Source of the DNA: Chiloscyllium plagiosum
Lineage: Eukaryota
DNA: 64,000 nt
Assembly (NCBI RefSeq): GCF_004010195.1
Contig: NC_057747.1
Span: 17,419,454 to 17,483,453 of the forward strand
Direction: 5' to 3'
Part shown: in pieces, positions 62,790 to 64,000 of the stretch
Numbering within the stretch: the stretch's first letter is position 1
Layout of the letters: each line of letters begins with the position of its first letter
Notes under the pieces: generated by a model
Told to the model about the DNA's origin: nothing
Databases searched by the model: none
Seen by the model: only the letters and a program-made list of their open reading frames with translations
Program-made: the position numbers and the translations under genes

Positions 62790-62886
62790 GTTCCTGAAGA
62801 AGGGCTTATGCCTGAAACATCGATTCTCCTGTTCCCTGGATGCTGCCTGACCTGCTGCGCTTTTCCAGCAACACATTTTCAACTCT
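62790..62886 (+). mobile_element. Single family A mini-element with hammerhead motif at 62790-62825
   Basis: CTGAAGA-A-GGGC-TTAT-GCCT-GAA-ACAT-C-GATT; TSD TAACC(T/C)TGTT at 62783-62792 and 62886-62895. Confidence 0.8.
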
Positions 62887-64000
62887 AACCCTGTTGCAAC
62901 CAATCCAGAGAGGAGTTCAATTAAGGAAGAAAACTGGGTTATACAAGCTCACCTGAGAGCGTAATCATGTGAAGACATTCTGACCAAAACTAGGACAAAT
63001 TCAGGACTGATGCCCACAGACCAATCACAATATCAGGAAGTATGTGACCTAGTTCAAGGAAACAGCCATTATATGAAATGATTATATTATTTTATTTTGA
63101 GATTTGTTGTGTCATTGCTTATAAAATATTGGAAATGCACAGCTTTATACTAGATGAGTTAGCAGGTCACTGATTAACCATAACAGGATGAGGAAAAGTC
63201 AATTTATTTTCATTGGAAATACAGTAGCAGTTTCAGAATCAAACTAAGACAACATGGACTGCTGTTCTACAATTGCCATCAATTAGTAACATTTTGTTTG
63301 TAGTCTAAGTATTCAATGCTTATCTCTTACCCATGAGGAGGACGTGATCTGTTTGTGCTGTTCCAGTTCAACCAAACTCAACACCATGTAGAATATTTAA
63401 ACCTCACTTCCTCACTGCTGCCAAAATCCGTAAAACTGTGCTGTACTTCCAGTCCCCACATTTTGTTTCTAGAACTGTAAATCATCGAAGGACACAGCTC
63501 ATTCAATCCATCATACCTATAATTGCTCTTCAGTGGAACTATTCAATTAACCCATGTCCCCTGCTCTTTCTGCATAGCCTTGTGAATAATTCCCTTCAAG
63601 GAGTTATTTAGTTCCCTTTGACTGTGACTATTGAGTCTGCTTTCAGGCAGCGCATTCCAAGCCACAACAACCCATAGCATAAAAAAACAGGTTTTCCATA
63701 TCACCTTTGTACCAAGGGAAAATTTAAATCATATTTCCCACAAATTTGCTATTTATTGTGATGAATTATTCATTGCCTTCTTGCATTACTGTGCATTTAA
63801 ATACAAAAGGTTGAGATTCATAAAAAATGTTATGCATAAATGGAAGATGGCTGTCATAGCGAGTAGTTGAGGTTAATAAATACACATAAGGGGAAGCTAG
63901 ATAAGGACATGAGAGAGTAACAAGTAGAAGGATGCACTGATAGAGTTAGATAAAGAAGGATGAGAAGAGGTTAACGTGTAATTATTGTCATAGACTGGTT

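Overview
Vertebrate genomic DNA, very probably a shark or other elasmobranch (inferred from HE1-type V-SINEs, HER/CR1 LINEs and DeuSINEs). It carries three complete retinal genes whose exons I assembled by hand with GT-AG junctions and consistent phases: LRIT2 (minus, 3 exons, 10306-14289, 563 aa), LRIT1 (minus, 4 exons, 26646-35305, 657 aa) and the photoisomerase opsin RGR (plus, 7 exons, 42299-53216, 295 aa, Schiff-base Lys255). This is the same order and orientation as the human LRIT2-LRIT1-RGR cluster. The rest is AT-rich intronic and intergenic DNA full of retroelements: CR1 fragments, several SINE families, and a Gmr1-type Gypsy element with integrase before RT. The most interesting unannotated signal is about 15 loci, from three clear families and possibly a fourth, of short Penelope-like element derivatives. 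They carry a minimal hammerhead ribozyme motif (CTGANGA-stem II-GAAA) with a family-specific palindromic helix III (ACGT or AGCT). Many are integrated as inverted pairs in which only one arm carries a 35-40 nt tail, and several have 7-17 bp target-site duplications. One is a young 831-bp near-perfect palindrome just downstream of RGR and another lies in the probable RGR 3' UTR. Repeat boundaries are approximate, and family names come from recalled consensus sequences rather than a database search.
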